DNA from: Squalus acanthias
Taxonomy: Eukaryota
Direction of reading: 5' to 3'
DNA length: 64,000 bases
Assembly: GCA_030390025.1 (NCBI GenBank)
Contig: CM059432.1
Location: 4,340,001 to 4,404,000, forward strand
Shown: piece after piece, positions 35,440-48,257 of the stretch
Layout of the letters: every line of letters begins with the position of its first letter
Numbering within the stretch: the stretch's first letter is position 1
Notes under the pieces: generated by a model
Seen by the model: only the letters and a program-made list of their open reading frames with translations
Told to the model about the DNA's origin: nothing
The model's database searches: none
Translations under genes and position numbers: made by a program

Positions 35440-36458
35440 TAGTATATTACCCCCAATCCCATGAGCCCTAATTTTGTTTTATAACCTCTTGTGTGGCACC
35501 TTATCGAAAGCCTTCTGAAAATCCAAATACACCACCACCACTGGTTCCCCCTTATCTATTCTGCTAGTTACAAGTTCAAAAAACTCTAACAGATTCGTCA
35601 AACATGATTTCCCTTTCATAAATCCGTGTTGACTCTGCCCAATCCTGTTATTATTTTCTAAGTGCCCTGTTACCGCGTCCTTAATAATAGATTCCAGCAT
35701 TTTCCCTGCTACTAATGTCAGGCTAACTGGTCTGTCGTTCCCCGTTTTCTCTCTCCCTCCTTTCTTAAATAGTGGGGTTACATTTGCTACCTTCCAATCC
35801 GCGGGAACCGTTCCAGAATCTATGGAATTTTGGAAAATGACAACCAATGCATCCACTATCTCTATAGCCACCTCTTTCAAAACCCCAGGATGTAGGTCTC
35901 TCAAGAGCACATCTTGGTTCATCACTATTGCTTTTTTCTGAACCCTGTCAAACATACTAATATCCTAAAGAGCTGGCTTACTTTGTGTGAAAAAAATTAG
36001 TTTCGACTAAATTGACTACATTAATTTCTTCAGCTAAGCAGTTTTACTGTTTTTCATGATATAACGTTTTCATTAAAGTGCGCACTTCTATTATGAACAT
36101 TTCATTACAGCGACACAAACATAAGGTTCTCACGAGCCTCTTTTAGACAAATTAACACCATTAGAAGGGAAAGTACTGGAAAGTCATCCACATAATGTCA
36201 GACGCTTAATTCATTTTCATTAAGGTAAAATATTGGTTGGTGCCGTAGGAATCTGGTGTGGCCGTCAAGCATCGCCGAACCTATAACATTAGGACAGGTA
36301 GTCAATACAAATAAGTAGGTCCCCCTCAATCGGGCTATTCTTAAAAACATAAGAAAGAATCAAATGAGAAATTACATCGAGGCCATTTTACATAGAATTA
36401 GCAGCACCGTAACAGGCCATTCGGCCCAAGCCGGTGTTTACGCTCCACACAAGCCTCC

Positions 36459-36876
36459 TTTTTTTTTTATTCATTCCTGGGATGTGGGCGCCGCTGGCAA
36501 GGCCAGCTTTTATTGCCCATCCCTAAATTGCCCTTGAGAAGGTGGTGGTGAATGTCTTGCTCGGCCATTTCAGAGGGCAGTTAAGAGTCAACCACATTGC
36601 TGTAGGGTCTGGAGTCACATATAGGCCAGACCGGGTAAGGACGGCAGATTTCCTTCCCTCAAGGACGTTAGTGAACCAGATGGGTTTCTACAACAATCCA
36701 GTAGTTTCATGGTCATCATTACTAAAGCTAGTTTTTTTTATATTCCAGATTTATTTAATTAACTGAATTTAAATTCCCCAGCTGCCGTGGTGGGATTTGA
36801 ACTCACAGCTCTTGGATCATTGGTCCAGGCCTCTGGATTAATAGTGTAGTAACATAACCATTATGCTACCGTACCC
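36459..36876 (-). mobile_element. Second tRNA-derived SINE family sharing the Zenon-like LINE tail, inserted in a CR1 3' end (~36390-37032)
   Basis: Minus-strand A box TAGCATAATGG and B box GTTCAAATCCC. The last ~85 nt match the LINE 3' end at 18278. Confidence 0.8.
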
Positions 36877-37459
36877 TCCCGGCCCTTTTGATCTCACCCC
36901 TATCAACATAACCCTCTATTCATTTCTCTCTAATGTGCTTATCTAGCTTCCCCTTAAATGCAGCAATACTATTCACCTCAACCACTCCCCGTGGTAGCGA
37001 GTTCCACATTCTCACCACTCTCTGGGTAAAGAGGTCTCACCAACCCATTGTGAACCATCCACGCTATATAGATGACTCCACGACCAGCCTTCTACTGTCA
37101 GAACTGGGAGTTTACAGATTATTCAAATCATACGTCACTATTAGTGGACGGGCCGGGGAAGGAAGAACTCCACGGCCGGTATCACACACCCCCTTTCCCA
37201 GCTTCCTTTATTGTACCCAGTTTTACTCTGAACGCACCTGCAATACTGCGCAGCTAAAGAAACGTGGCTTCAAAACAAAATGTTTGAAGAATTTAAGATT
37301 TAAGGTGCTCCATCAAACCTGTTCCTTGTTTATTCCAAGGCCTATCCCATCAGTTATGTTTCTTTAAGCCTTTCAAAGTTGAATAAAACAAAGTTCTAAA
37401 ATACCTACCTTACTGTACGCACTAGATTATTCATCTGGATTGACTTCCTGGTTTAAGAA

Positions 37460-38070
37460 TATCAGAATAGGAGCAGGAGTAGGCCAATCGGCCCCTCGAG
37501 CATGCTCCGCAATTCAATAAGATGCTTATCTTCGACCTCAACTCTACTTTCCCACCCGATCTCCATATCCCTTCATTCCCTTAAGAGCCCAAAAATCTAT
37601 CGATCTCTGTCTTGAATGTACTCAACGACTGAGCATCCACAGCCCTCTGGGGTAGAGAATTCCAAAGATTCACCACCCTCTGAGTGAAGAAATTTCTCCT
37701 CATCTCAGTTCTAAATGGCCGACCCCTTATTCTGAGACTGTGACCCCTGGTTCTAGACTCCCCAGCCAGGGGAAACATCCTCCCTGCATCTACCCTGTCA
37801 AGCCCTGTAAGAATTTTGTATGTTTCAATGAGATCACCTCTCATTCTTCTAAACTCTAGGGAATATAGGCCTAGTCTACTCAATCTCTCCTCATAGGACA
37901 ATCCCCCTGCCATCCCAGGAATCAATCCAGTGAACCTTTGTTGCACTCCCTCTATGGCAAGTATATCCTTCCTTGAGTAAGGAGATCAAAATTGTGCACA
38001 GTACTCCAGGTATGGTCTCACCAGGACCCGATATAATTGCACTTCTTTACTCTTATACTCCAATCCTTTT
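37460..38070 (-). mobile_element. CR1 3' part
   Basis: ORF 37581-37946. Confidence 0.9.
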
Positions 38071-38150
38071 AGAATGCAATCCCAGCATTTCAGGAACCAT
38101 CTGCACAGTATTCAACCATATGTACTGGTATAGACTCTTATAGAGTCTTA

Positions 38151-39026
38151 GGCTGCGATTTTGTCATTGGATACGGCTTGGGAGCGAGTCAGCTGGTTTC
38201 TGGGTTCCAGTCCCGCCCCCAACTGCATCCGGCCAACGGACGTGATTTTACGTCGATTGACCGTGTTAACCCCGCCCTGCGGGCTTGCCGGCCAATTAAG
38301 AGGAAGCCGGTCAGATGATGTCATTTGATGACACGACATCTGCCGGTGTTCTTAAAGGGACCACGCACAATTGTTCTTTGACAACTCATTTCTCAGTGTT
38401 TGACAGCCTTGAGGTGCTGCAAACACGGACAATGACTGTTCACAGGTGAGCTCTTGCACCCAGGCTCTCCAGTGACTCCCTCCTTAGGCTAGAACAGATG
38501 GCAGCTGCAGGTGAGGTTACAGAAGCAATCTGTGACTGGTGAGAGAGGTTCTCCCGATGAGGTGGGACTAGACAGCCAATTCAAAACTTGTTACCGACAG
38601 AAAAGAGTAAATACATTAAAAATGATTTTCCCAACATTTCCTTACCTCTGAAACTCACCAGTGCACCATTGGATCCTTCACACCACTTATGCAGCTGTCA
38701 TCAATGCAGAAACATTACAGCAGACCCACAACACGCCAGACTTACCTGGCGTGGTGTCCGGACGTCGGGGAACCCGAGGCAGAAGTGGCAAAATAGAAAA
38801 AGAGCCTGTTAACAAGTATCAAGTAACTGTTAACAGCCAGGTAAGTGGCTTTAATCCTCTTCCCGCCGCTAGGTGTCGGGTCCATGCGCAAATCAGGGAC
38901 CCAACACTTGGGAAGATTGATTGGAGGAAGGTTGACAGCGGGTTTCCTGCCCGCCGTCAATCTTTGCGATTTTGACAGCGGTCCCGCCTCCAATCCCACC
39001 CTCCGAGGACTGGCAAAATCCCGGCC
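38151..39026. mobile_element. Older Harbinger-type non-autonomous element
   Basis: GGCTGCGATTTTGTCA...TGGCAAAATCCCGGCC (3 mismatches), inserted in a CR1 (GAGTCATA)n tail. Confidence 0.7.
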
Positions 39027-39658
39027 AAAGAGTCATAACGGCACAGAAGGAGGCCATTCGGCCCATCGAGTCCGTGCTGGCACTCTGCAGAGCAATCCAG
39101 TCAGTCCCATTCCCCCGCTCTATCCCTGTAGCCCTGCAAGTTTATTTCCCTCAAGTGCCTCTCCAGTCTCCCCTTGAAAACATCGAGTGTCTCCACTTCC
39201 ACCACTTCCGTCGGCAGCGAGTTCTAGGTCCTCACCATTCGCTGCGTAAAAAAGTTTATCCTCACATCCCCACCCCCCTGTATCTCTTGACCTAAACCTT
39301 AAATCTGTATCCCCTAGTCCTTGTACCATCAACTAGTGGGAACAGCCTTTCCCCGTCTAGCCTATCCAAACCCGTCATAATCTTGTACACCGCGATCAAA
39401 TCACCCCTCAACCTCCTTTGCTCTAATGAAAACAAATCCAGCTTCTCCAAACTGTCCTTCTGGCTAAGATCCCCCCATCCCCGGAACCATTCTGGTAAAT
39501 CTCTGCACCCTCTCGAGGGCCTTCACATCCTTCCTAAAGTGTGGTGACCAGAACTGGACGCAATACTCCAGTTGTGGCCTAACCAACGCGTTATAAAGGT
39601 TCAGCATAACTTCTCTACTTTTGTACTCAATACCTCTATTTATGAAGCCCAAGATCCC
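39027..39658 (-). mobile_element. CR1 3' part
   Basis: Reads LYNALVRPQLEYCVQFWSPH. Confidence 0.88.
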
Positions 39659-39965
39659 AAAAGCAAAATACTGCAGATGCTGAAAACCTGGAATAAAAAC
39701 AGAAAATGCTGGAAACACTCAGCAGGTCGGGCAGCATCTGTGGAGAGAGGAACAGAGTTAATGTTTCAGGTCGATGACCCTTCATCAGAACTGCAAGAAG
39801 TTTTTAAGCAGGTGCAGGTGCAGGGGCAGCGAGGAGGGGGGAGGAAAGAACAAAGGGGAAAGGTCTGTGACAGGGTGAAAGTCAGGAGTGATTAAATGAC
39901 AAAAGAGACGATGGTACGAGGCAAAAGGGGCTGACAATTAAAAAAACAAAAGATGGGGCTGGACG
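39659..39965 (-). mobile_element. Penelope 3' region with a hammerhead motif at 39756-39792
   Basis: Homologous to 53049-53400. The minus strand reads AGTT-CTGATGA-A-GGGTC atc GACCT-GAAA-CA-TT-AACT. Confidence 0.8.
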
Positions 39966-39969
39966 TCAA

Positions 39970-40690
39970 GGGGGCTAAATTGTGTGGCGCCTGATTTTTA
40001 GGCGCTAAACCGCCACATAAGGATCGTAAATGGTGGCCGAGAGGCTTGTGCACACTTCTGTCGGGAAACGCGCCGGACGCCATCTTGGTAAAGGAGTTTG
40101 CGCGCACCTAACGACCGTCGGCAACATGCAGAGCAGCAAGATGATGGCGCAAATTAGCGTGCAACGCTGATGTGACACCAGCGCTGCAATTTACAAGCTC
40201 CACGCTCCAGCCAATGCCCTGTCTTAACCTCGCACAGCTGAACACGGCGTTAAATGGAACGAAGGACCACCCCCCCTTGTTTTTGCGGCCGCGGCGGCGC
40301 AAATTAAAGGGCAGGTGCTGGGCACCCATTTTTTGTGGGCCGCTTGCCAGCACCTGCCCCCTCTCGCTTCCTTCTGCGGGGTGTCGGCCGCGATCGGTCA
40401 GCCCGGCGCTCCTCTTGAGTGCCGGGCGCTTTTGCCGGCACCCCGCTCCCCGGTGGTCCAGCAGGGACCCGGTGCGCGCTGCGCTAGGCCCCTCCCCTTT
40501 AATCAGGGGAGGGAGGCCTGCAGTACCGCGGCGCTACGTGCCGGCTCGCGTGTCGCTGTTGCACGTAGCGCCGCCATATTGAACGGGAGCGCCCCGAGAG
40601 GGAGGGGGGAGCGCTTCCAGTAGCGTCCCGCCTCCTGCTTGGGGCGCTACCATTGAATTTCGGGCGCGGGGGTGCTAACCTTTTCCCCCA
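39970..40690 (+). mobile_element. Composite GC-rich DNA-element fragments (family B part ~40280-40690)
   Basis: Starts GGGGCTAAATTG. The second half matches 12945-13340 and 17780-18150. Confidence 0.6.
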
Positions 40691-41074
40691 GTGTGTCTTA
40701 GTTCAACTGCAATATAGCTCGTATGGTTTTAGTTTGTTTGTCCCAATTTAACCCAACCACATGTTCAGGTTCTTTCACTATCCCATAATGAGCAGGATAG
40801 GATATTCAATACATGCGCTTAAACCAAATTACATTTTTGATTCCGGACATTAACTGTAATTATACCGCATTACAGACAGAGAGAAAACATTAAGGGAGAA
40901 TTGATTATATTGATTTCGAACGAAGATTCAGGGGGGACGTGGAACAGACCTTCGGTTGTAGGAAGAGAAAGAACGAAAGTTTCAGCCACCGAACAAAATA
41001 ATGCCGAGCTCAGGAGGCAAAAAATCAATGATTTCAAAGAAGCAAAACTCTTGAAAGTAACTGGCGAAGTAGTG

Positions 41075-41820
41075 TAACCAGGGGGCAGAGATTTAAAGTA
41101 ATTGGTAGAAGGATTCGAGGGGAGTCGAGGAGAACTTCTTCACCCAGAGGGTGGTGGGGGTCTGGAACTCACTGCCTGAAAGGGTGGTCGAGGCAGAAAC
41201 CCTCATCACATTTAAAAAGTACTTGGATATGCACTTGAAGTGCCGTAACCTGCAGGGCTACGGACCAAGAGCTGGAATGTGGGATTAGGCTGGGTGGCTC
41301 TTTGTCGGCCGGCACGGACACGATGGGCCGAATGGCCTCCTTCTGTGCCGTAAACTTCTATGATTCCATGAAAATGGAAGTTAGGAGAAGTGAAAAGTGA
41401 TACAAGCATCTCAACCAATATAAGAGGTCTTCCATACTTATTCATTCAAAAAAAATGCTGGTCGTGTTATCATCGAATGATACAGCACAGGAGGAGGCCA
41501 TTCGGCCCATCGTGCCTGTGCCGGCTCTTTGAAAGAGCTCTCCAATTAGTCCCACTCCCCCCCTGCTCTTTCCCCGTAGCCCTGCAAATGTTTTCCTTTT
41601 CAAATATTTCTCCAATTCCCCTTTTGAAAGTTACTATTGAATCTGCTTCCACCGCCCTTTCAGGCAGCGCGTTCCAGATCACAACAACTCGCTGCGTAAA
41701 GAAAATTCTCCTCATCTCCTCCACCCCCCTGGTTCTTTTGCCAATTACCTTAAATCTGTGTCCTCTGGTTACCGACCCTCCTGCCAGTGGAAACAACTTC
41801 TCCCTATCTACTCTATCAAA
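41075..41820. mobile_element. Two CR1 3' ends (+ ~41075-41370, - ~41468-41820)
   Basis: FFTQRVV..WN motifs and 3'UTRs. Confidence 0.8.
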
Positions 41821-41824
41821 ACTA

Positions 41825-42375
41825 CACTGTCCACCGATCAGCTCTGTGCTATCACCTGCACGACGCACTTGTCTGCTATCCAGTCTTGGATGAGCCACAG
41901 TTTCCTCCAGCTAAATGTTCAGAAGACCATCTTCCTCAGACTTGGGCACAAACTCCATACCCTTGGCACTAAGTCTATCTCCCTTCCTGGCCACTGTCTC
42001 AGGCTGAACTAAGCTGTCCCCAACCTGAGCCTCCTGTTCAACCCCGAGCTGACTTTTTTGACCCATTATTCTCTCCATCACAAAGACTGCCTACTTCCTC
42101 CTCCATAACATCACCCACCTCTGCCCTGACCTCAGTCCCTCTGCCACTGAAATCCTCATCCATTCCTCTCTCACTTCCAAAGTCAACTATTCCAATGCTC
42201 CTTCTGGCCGGCCTCCCGTCCTCCACCCTGTCAAGACTTCAGCTCATCCAAAACTCTGCTGCCCGTATCCAATCCCACACAAACTGCTGCTCACCCATCA
42301 CCCGTGTCCTCGCTGACCGACATGGGCTCCTGGTCCCCCAGTGCTGCAAATTTAAAATGATCATCCATGTATTTA
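41825..42375 (+). mobile_element. Diverged L2 ORF2 fragment
   Basis: Reads WMSHSFLQLN and LAGLPSSTLSRLQLIQNSAARI. Confidence 0.8.
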
Positions 42376-42514
42376 AGAGAGCAACAGACCCTGCAGGAAG
42401 TAAAACAGGACTAAGTTCAGCATGACTTTCTCGTTGGGAGTGCAAGATTACAAGACTGTCGACTCGTCCCATATGTCTCAACCACACACAAAAAAAGTTC
42501 ACTTCATAGGCAGG

Positions 42515-42806
42515 TTTTTTTTTATTCATTCACGGGATGTGTGCGTCGCTGGCAAGGCCAGCATTTTTATTACCCATCCCTAATTGCCCTTGAGAAGGTG
42601 GTGGTGAAGGTACTCCCACAGTGCTGTCAGGGAGGGAGCTCCAGGATTTTGACCCAGCAACGATGAAGGAACGGCCGATATATTTCCAAGTCAGGATAGT
42701 GTTTAACTTGGAAGGGCAACTTGGAGGTGGTGGTGTTCCCATGCGCCTGCTGCCCTTGTCCTTCTAGGTGGTAGAAGTCGCTGGTTTGGGTGGTGCTGCC
42801 GAAGAA
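42515..42806 (-). mobile_element. Zenon-like LINE 3' fragment
   Basis: Same 3' end as 18278-18662. Confidence 0.8.
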
Positions 42807-43139
42807 ATGTAGATGCAGAGGATCACTTTGGGACGTTTTACTACGGTAAAGGCGCGGTATAGATGCAAGTTATTGTTGTTGAGATAGTCTCATTTTGACA
42901 CTGTTAGATCTAAGAGCACTAAGGGCTGTTACCAACATGACTAACGTGAAGTTTGCCAACAAGGCGAAACCTTTGTCCCTGATTCCCCTCGATGGATAAA
43001 AACTTTGGAGAATGCAATGGACCAGAATGGAAAGGATTAATCAAGTCAGCTGCAGGATTCCCGCGGCTATCCTAATTAATCCTTTCTATTCTTCAAAGTT
43101 CCCCCTTCCTCCCCACCGAAGTCACGGGTGAGATCTGAA

Positions 43140-43535
43140 AGTTCAACAAGAGGTGACCTAATAGAGGTTTTCAAGATGATGAGAGGTTTGGATCGAGTAG
43201 ACGGAGAAAAGCTATTCCCCCTGGCGAGTGGGTCAATAACCAGAGGTCATCGATTCAAAATCATTGGCAAAAGATCTCGAAGGGAGATGAGGAGAAATTT
43301 TTTCACTCAGCGAGTTGTGGGGATCGGGAACGCTCGACCTGAAAAGGTGGTGGAATCTGATTCCATCAATAATTGTAAAGGGAGTTGGACGGGTTCTTGA
43401 GGATGAGGAACTCAGAGGGTTACAGACTAAAAGCGGGGGATGTGGGACTGAGCACGACTGATCTTTCAAAGAGCCAGCACAGGCAACGACGGGCCGAATG
43501 GCCTCCTTCTGTGCTGTAAGTTTCTACGATTCTAT
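43140..43535 (+). mobile_element. CR1 3' end
   Basis: ORF 43128-43400 reads RGDLIEVFK...NFFTQRVV. Confidence 0.85.
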
Positions 43536-43578
43536 GAAGTTTCCAAAAGTACAAAGGTTAACCAATATTAAAATATTA

Positions 43579-44472
43579 GGGGGAAAAATTCAGTATCGCC
43601 CCGTTTTGGGGCGCAATTATCGGCCGGACGCAAAGATTAGCGCCTGGCGTTAATTATCGTCTCCGACTGCAAACTTGACTTTTATCGCCCCGTGAGGTGA
43701 TTGGAACGCTAAATCAGGCGCTACACATCTGTCTTAAGACGAAAAGGCCGAGGAGCGAGGCACTACCTCAGAGCGCTGGCGAAGCTCATGTGATGTCAGT
43801 CAGCAATGGAACACACACACAATAGCGCCGGCCAGTTCTTAAAGGGGAGGGTTGATCTTGCTTTCCATCCACATCCTGCTCATTGCAGCCTTGAATCTCG
43901 GCCTGGAGAGACCTGTACATCAAATCTGCTGGAAAGAACAATGGAGAGAACCAGGGAAAGAGCTCAGAGTGCAACCCCCACAGTCTCTTCTAAATCAATG
44001 CAAGGAAGGTCAAATCAAAATGAACCTGCAAAGTGCTGCTCAGTACCCAAAACTCCTTCACACTGCGTTGAATCTCTCCAGAAGTCTGTCTCTCTCTCTC
44101 TTAGAAAGCGTGGTTCAAAAATGTCACCAACAAAAAAAGGCAGGAAGCGGTCGCCTTTAAATAGCGCTCCCCCAGTCCCTTCCTGACTGCAAAACGCTCC
44201 CCTCAACCTGTCGTTGCTAGCGGCAGGCAGTAAGGCAGGGGGCGCCACTCAATATCCGCTCCGGGGCGCTACCGGGGCGTTGCGCACTCGACTGACGTCA
44301 CAATCTGCCGGCGCAGGAAATCGTGGCGGTAGTGTTTAGCGCCATCGCAAAATGTCTGGTTAATTTCGCGTGCGGCGCAAACATCACCGCGCACGGGCGG
44401 TAGTTGCTTTGCGCCCCATTAGCGCCCTCTTAAGGTGCTAACGGGAGGTGCAACCAACTGAATTTTTCCCCC
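43579..44472 (-). mobile_element. Harbinger-type non-autonomous element (family B ends, different interior)
   Basis: Perfect 16-bp TIR GGGGGAAAAATTCAGT, flanked by tta/ata. Confidence 0.85.
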
Positions 44473-45008
44473 ATAGAAACATAGAAAAATAGGAGCAGGA
44501 GTCGGCCATTCGGCCCTTCGAGCCTGCTCCGCCATTCAATATAATCATGGCTGATCCTCTATCTCAATACCATATTCCCGCTCTCTCCCCATACCCCTTG
44601 ATGCCTTTTGTGTCTAGAAATCTATCTATCTCCTTCTTAAATATATTCAGTGACTTGGCCTCCACAGCCTTCTGTGGTAGAGAATTCCACAGGTTCACCA
44701 CCCTCTGAGTGAAGAAATTTCTCCTCATCTCAGTCCTAAATGTCCTACCCCGTATCCTGAGACTGTGACCCCCTCGTTCTAGACCCCCCCCAGCCAGGGA
44801 AAACATCCTCCCTGCATCCAGTCTGTCTAACCCTGTCAGAATTTTATACGTTTCAATGAGTTCCCCTCTCATTCTTCTAAACTCTAGTGAATACAGGCCT
44901 AGTCGACCCAATCTCTCCTCATACGACAGTCCTGCCATCCCAGGAATCAGTCTGGTGAACCTTCGCTGCACTCCCTCTATGGCAAGTATATCCTTTCTTA
45001 GGTAAGGG
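44473..45008 (-). mobile_element. CR1 3' part
   Basis: ORF 44564-45043. Confidence 0.9.
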
Positions 45009-45679
45009 GTGAAAGGACCGAGATGGACAACAATATGTACCAAGCTGCTCGTAGTGTTAGCTTATACAATTTACCCACGAAATGTTGCATTAAACTTGAT
45101 AAATTCATGCAAATATGATATGGCAGTTGGAATGAATATGCAGATGAAATACAAACAGTGTAAACAGTCACATGTGGAGAAAACAACCTGGATGTTATTG
45201 TAACTTCACATTTGTAAGCAAATCGGAGACTTTGCACTGAAGCTCTCTGAAAATGGAGGGGGAGCTGGTCTATATATATCGGTAGAAACTCTCACCCACA
45301 TCCTACATTTGAGTGGTGTGAATGAATTGGTAAGCTCCGTGTAGGAATGAGCACAGCAGGCATCAATGGTTGGGTGTTTCAAAAAGTGCTACCCTGACCC
45401 ATCCATGCAGGTGAAACAGCTGTGACCCTGCACCTCCCTCAATCAGCAACATCTGTTGGAATGGAACCTTGCGCTCACCTCAGGCCGGTTTGCAATGGGG
45501 GAGTCAGAAGCAGCACCGAATGGGGAACGGGTTCTACGGGAGCATCTCGCCGCCGTGCGGGTTTAGTGCCCGGAAGACAACTACAGGAGCAGCCCCTTGC
45601 TCCCACAACCTCCCAAGGTATGTGCGTGTCTACATGTGCTGATCACAGGACATCTGTGACAAGTATCATAGCGTGTGAT

Positions 45680-46125
45680 TAGTGCAGTGCTGCCATGTCA
45701 GAGGTGCTGTCTTACAAACGAGATGTTAAACCGTGACTCTGCTGTTCAGGTGGAAAGAAAAGAAAGACTTGCAATTCTATAGCGCCTTTCATAACGTTCC
45801 AAAGTGCTTTACAGCCAATGAAGTACTTTTTGAAGTGGAGTCACTGTTGTAATGTGGGAAACGCGGCAGCCAATTTGCACACAGCAAGCTCCCACAAACA
45901 GCAATGTGATAATGACCAGATAATCTGTTTTTAGTGATGTTGATTGAGGGATAAATATTGGCCCCAGGAGACCGGGGTGAACTCCCCCCTGCTCTTCTTC
46001 AAAATAGTGGCCGTGGGATCTTTGACCTCCACCTGCGAGGGCAGACTGGGCCTCGGTTTAACGTCTCATCTGAAAGACGGCAACTCCGGCAGTGCAGCAC
46101 TCCCTCAGCACTGCACTGAGAGTGT
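45680..46125. mobile_element. DeuSINE fragments (short + piece, then - copy 45756-46125)
   Basis: Deu core on both strands. Confidence 0.8.
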
Positions 46126-46435
46126 CATAAAAGATAACATGGGTAAGACTATTGGAGGAATACCTCTCCGTCCTGAGATCTGAAAAGCAACAATTGCTAC
46201 CCATTGTGGTACATAGTGCAGCAGCTTCAGTTAATGAGACCAAATACCTTGTGAGCATCTCACTTGCAATAACATTGCAACTCTAAGGTACAGAAGATAC
46301 AGTATGAGGCTCCAGTGACTGAGACCGGGTGTCTCAGGGTGGCTCATAACTGGAGTCCGAAAGCCTTCTGGTTCCATAGAAGCAGACAGGGATATTTCAG
46401 GTAAAAATCTTCAAAAAAATCTTCACATCCATTTT

Positions 46436-47115
46436 GATAGAATCATACAGATCTCCCACTCTCCCCCTGCTCATTCCCCATAGCCCTGCAAATATTTCCT
46501 ATTTAAGTATTTATCCAATTCCCTTTTGAAAGTTACTATTGAATCTGCTTCCACCGCCCTTTCAGGCAGCGCATTCCAGATCGTGACGACTCATTGCTTA
46601 AAAAAAATGTCTCCTCATCTCCCCCTGGGCTTGACAGGGTAGATGCAGGGGGGATGTTTCCCCTGGCTGGGGAGTCTAGAACCAGGGGTCACAGTCTCTG
46701 GATAAGGGGTCGGCCATTCAGGACTGAGATGAGGAGAAATTTCTTCACACAGAGGGTGGTGAATCTTTGGAATTCTCTACCCCAGAGGGTTGTGGAGGCT
46801 CAGTCATTGGGTATATTCAAGACAGAGATCGATAGATTTTTGAATATTAAGGGAATCAAGGGATATGGGGATAGTGCAGGAAAGTGGAGATGAGGTAAAA
46901 GATCAGCCATGATCTTATTGAATGGCGGAGCAGGCTCGAGGGGCCGAATGGCCGACTCCTGCTCCTATTTCTTACATTCTTATGTTCTTATGTTATTTTT
47001 GCCGATTATCTTAAATCTGTGTCCTTTGGTTACTGACCCTCCTAGTTTCTCCCGATCTATTTTTATCAAAATATCTCATAATTTGGAACGCCTCTATTAA
47101 ATCTTCCCTTAACCT
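46436..47115. mobile_element. CR1 (-) with a nested CR1 3' end (+, ~46627-46992)
   Basis: ORF 46594-46893, with minus-strand CR1 sequence on both flanks. Confidence 0.8.
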
Positions 47116-47357
47116 ACTTGATGATAGTAATATCCCCCAAAATTAATTACATCAACATAAAGGCATTTTTTTCCAGTCCTAGTTTCCTGTCACCTAATTT
47201 GTCACACGATTTTACAGTGATGTCCCATCAGGTTACCTCATTTTCTAATTATAAAGTTCCCAGTAAATTAATAATCCAACTACTGCCATCACGTTGGGGA
47301 AAAAAAAACTTAATCGTAATTAAGTGTTACGGAGAGATTGATCTGTCGTAGTTCTTT

Positions 47358-47966
47358 CTTCTCCTTCTTCTTCTTAGGCAGTCCCTCGGAACCGAGGATG
47401 ACTTGCTTCCACACTAAAAATGAGTTCTCAGGTGACTGATGAGTCCAATGCGGGACCTACAGTCTCTGTCACAGGTGGGGCAGACGGTGGTTGAAGGGGC
47501 AGGTGGGTGGGGTGCTTGGGTTGACGTGCGCTCCTTCCGCTGTTTGCGCTTGGCATCCGCTTGCTCCCGGCGAAGAGACTCGAGGTGTTCGGCGCCTTCC
47601 CGGATGCTTCTCCTCCACTTTGTGCGGTCTTGGGCCAGGGATTCCCAGGTGTTGGTGGGGGATGTTGCACTTTTTCAAGGAGGCTTTGAGGGTGTCCTTG
47701 AAGCATTTCCTCTGCCCACCTGGGGCTCTCTTGCTGTGTCGGAGCTCCGAGTAGAGCGCTTGTTTTGGGAGTCTCGTATCGGGCATGCGGACGATGTGAC
47801 CCGTCCATCGGAGCTGATTGAGCGTGGTCAAAGCTTCGATGCTGGGGATGTTGGCCTGAGCGAGAACACTGACGTTGGTGCGCCTATCCTGCCAATGGAT
47901 TTGTAGGATCTTGCGGAGGCAGCGTTGGTGATACCTCTCCAGTGCTTTGAGGTGTCTGCTGTACAT
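47358..47966 (-). mobile_element. RTE 3' fragment, same family as 16141-17767
   Basis: ORF 47469-47966 is nearly identical to the RTE C-terminus. It has a (GAA)n tail and TSD GTA(G/A)TTCTTT. Confidence 0.92.
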
Positions 47967-48257
47967 GTAATTCTTTAGGACTGGCTCCAGTGACAGTGAA
48001 AGGTAACTGCATCAAATATCTCAGCCCCAAATCTGTGAGCTCCCGATAACTGGAAAATGACACGCCGGGGAGTTCACAGGGAACATGTCATTAGGTTCGA
48101 GTCTTGAAGATTCATTTGAGTCAAGTGGGCACATCAAACCTACGCCAAAATGTTCCCACTGCGATTCACCCATGAACTGGCCAGCAATCTCACGGCATAA
48201 TCAGATTTCCATCCCTTAATGTGTAGATGCTTTGCACCCTCTACCTAACAACAGGTA

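Larger units (their letters stand above)
33086..35895 (-). mobile_element. Long CR1 RT fragment interrupted by a solo LTR
   Basis: ORF 35479-35955 (NVTPLFKKG...QHGFMKGKSCLTNL...DFQKAFDKVPH) and ORF 33363-34043 (GVPQGSVLGP...FADD) are consecutive RT segments. Confidence 0.93.
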
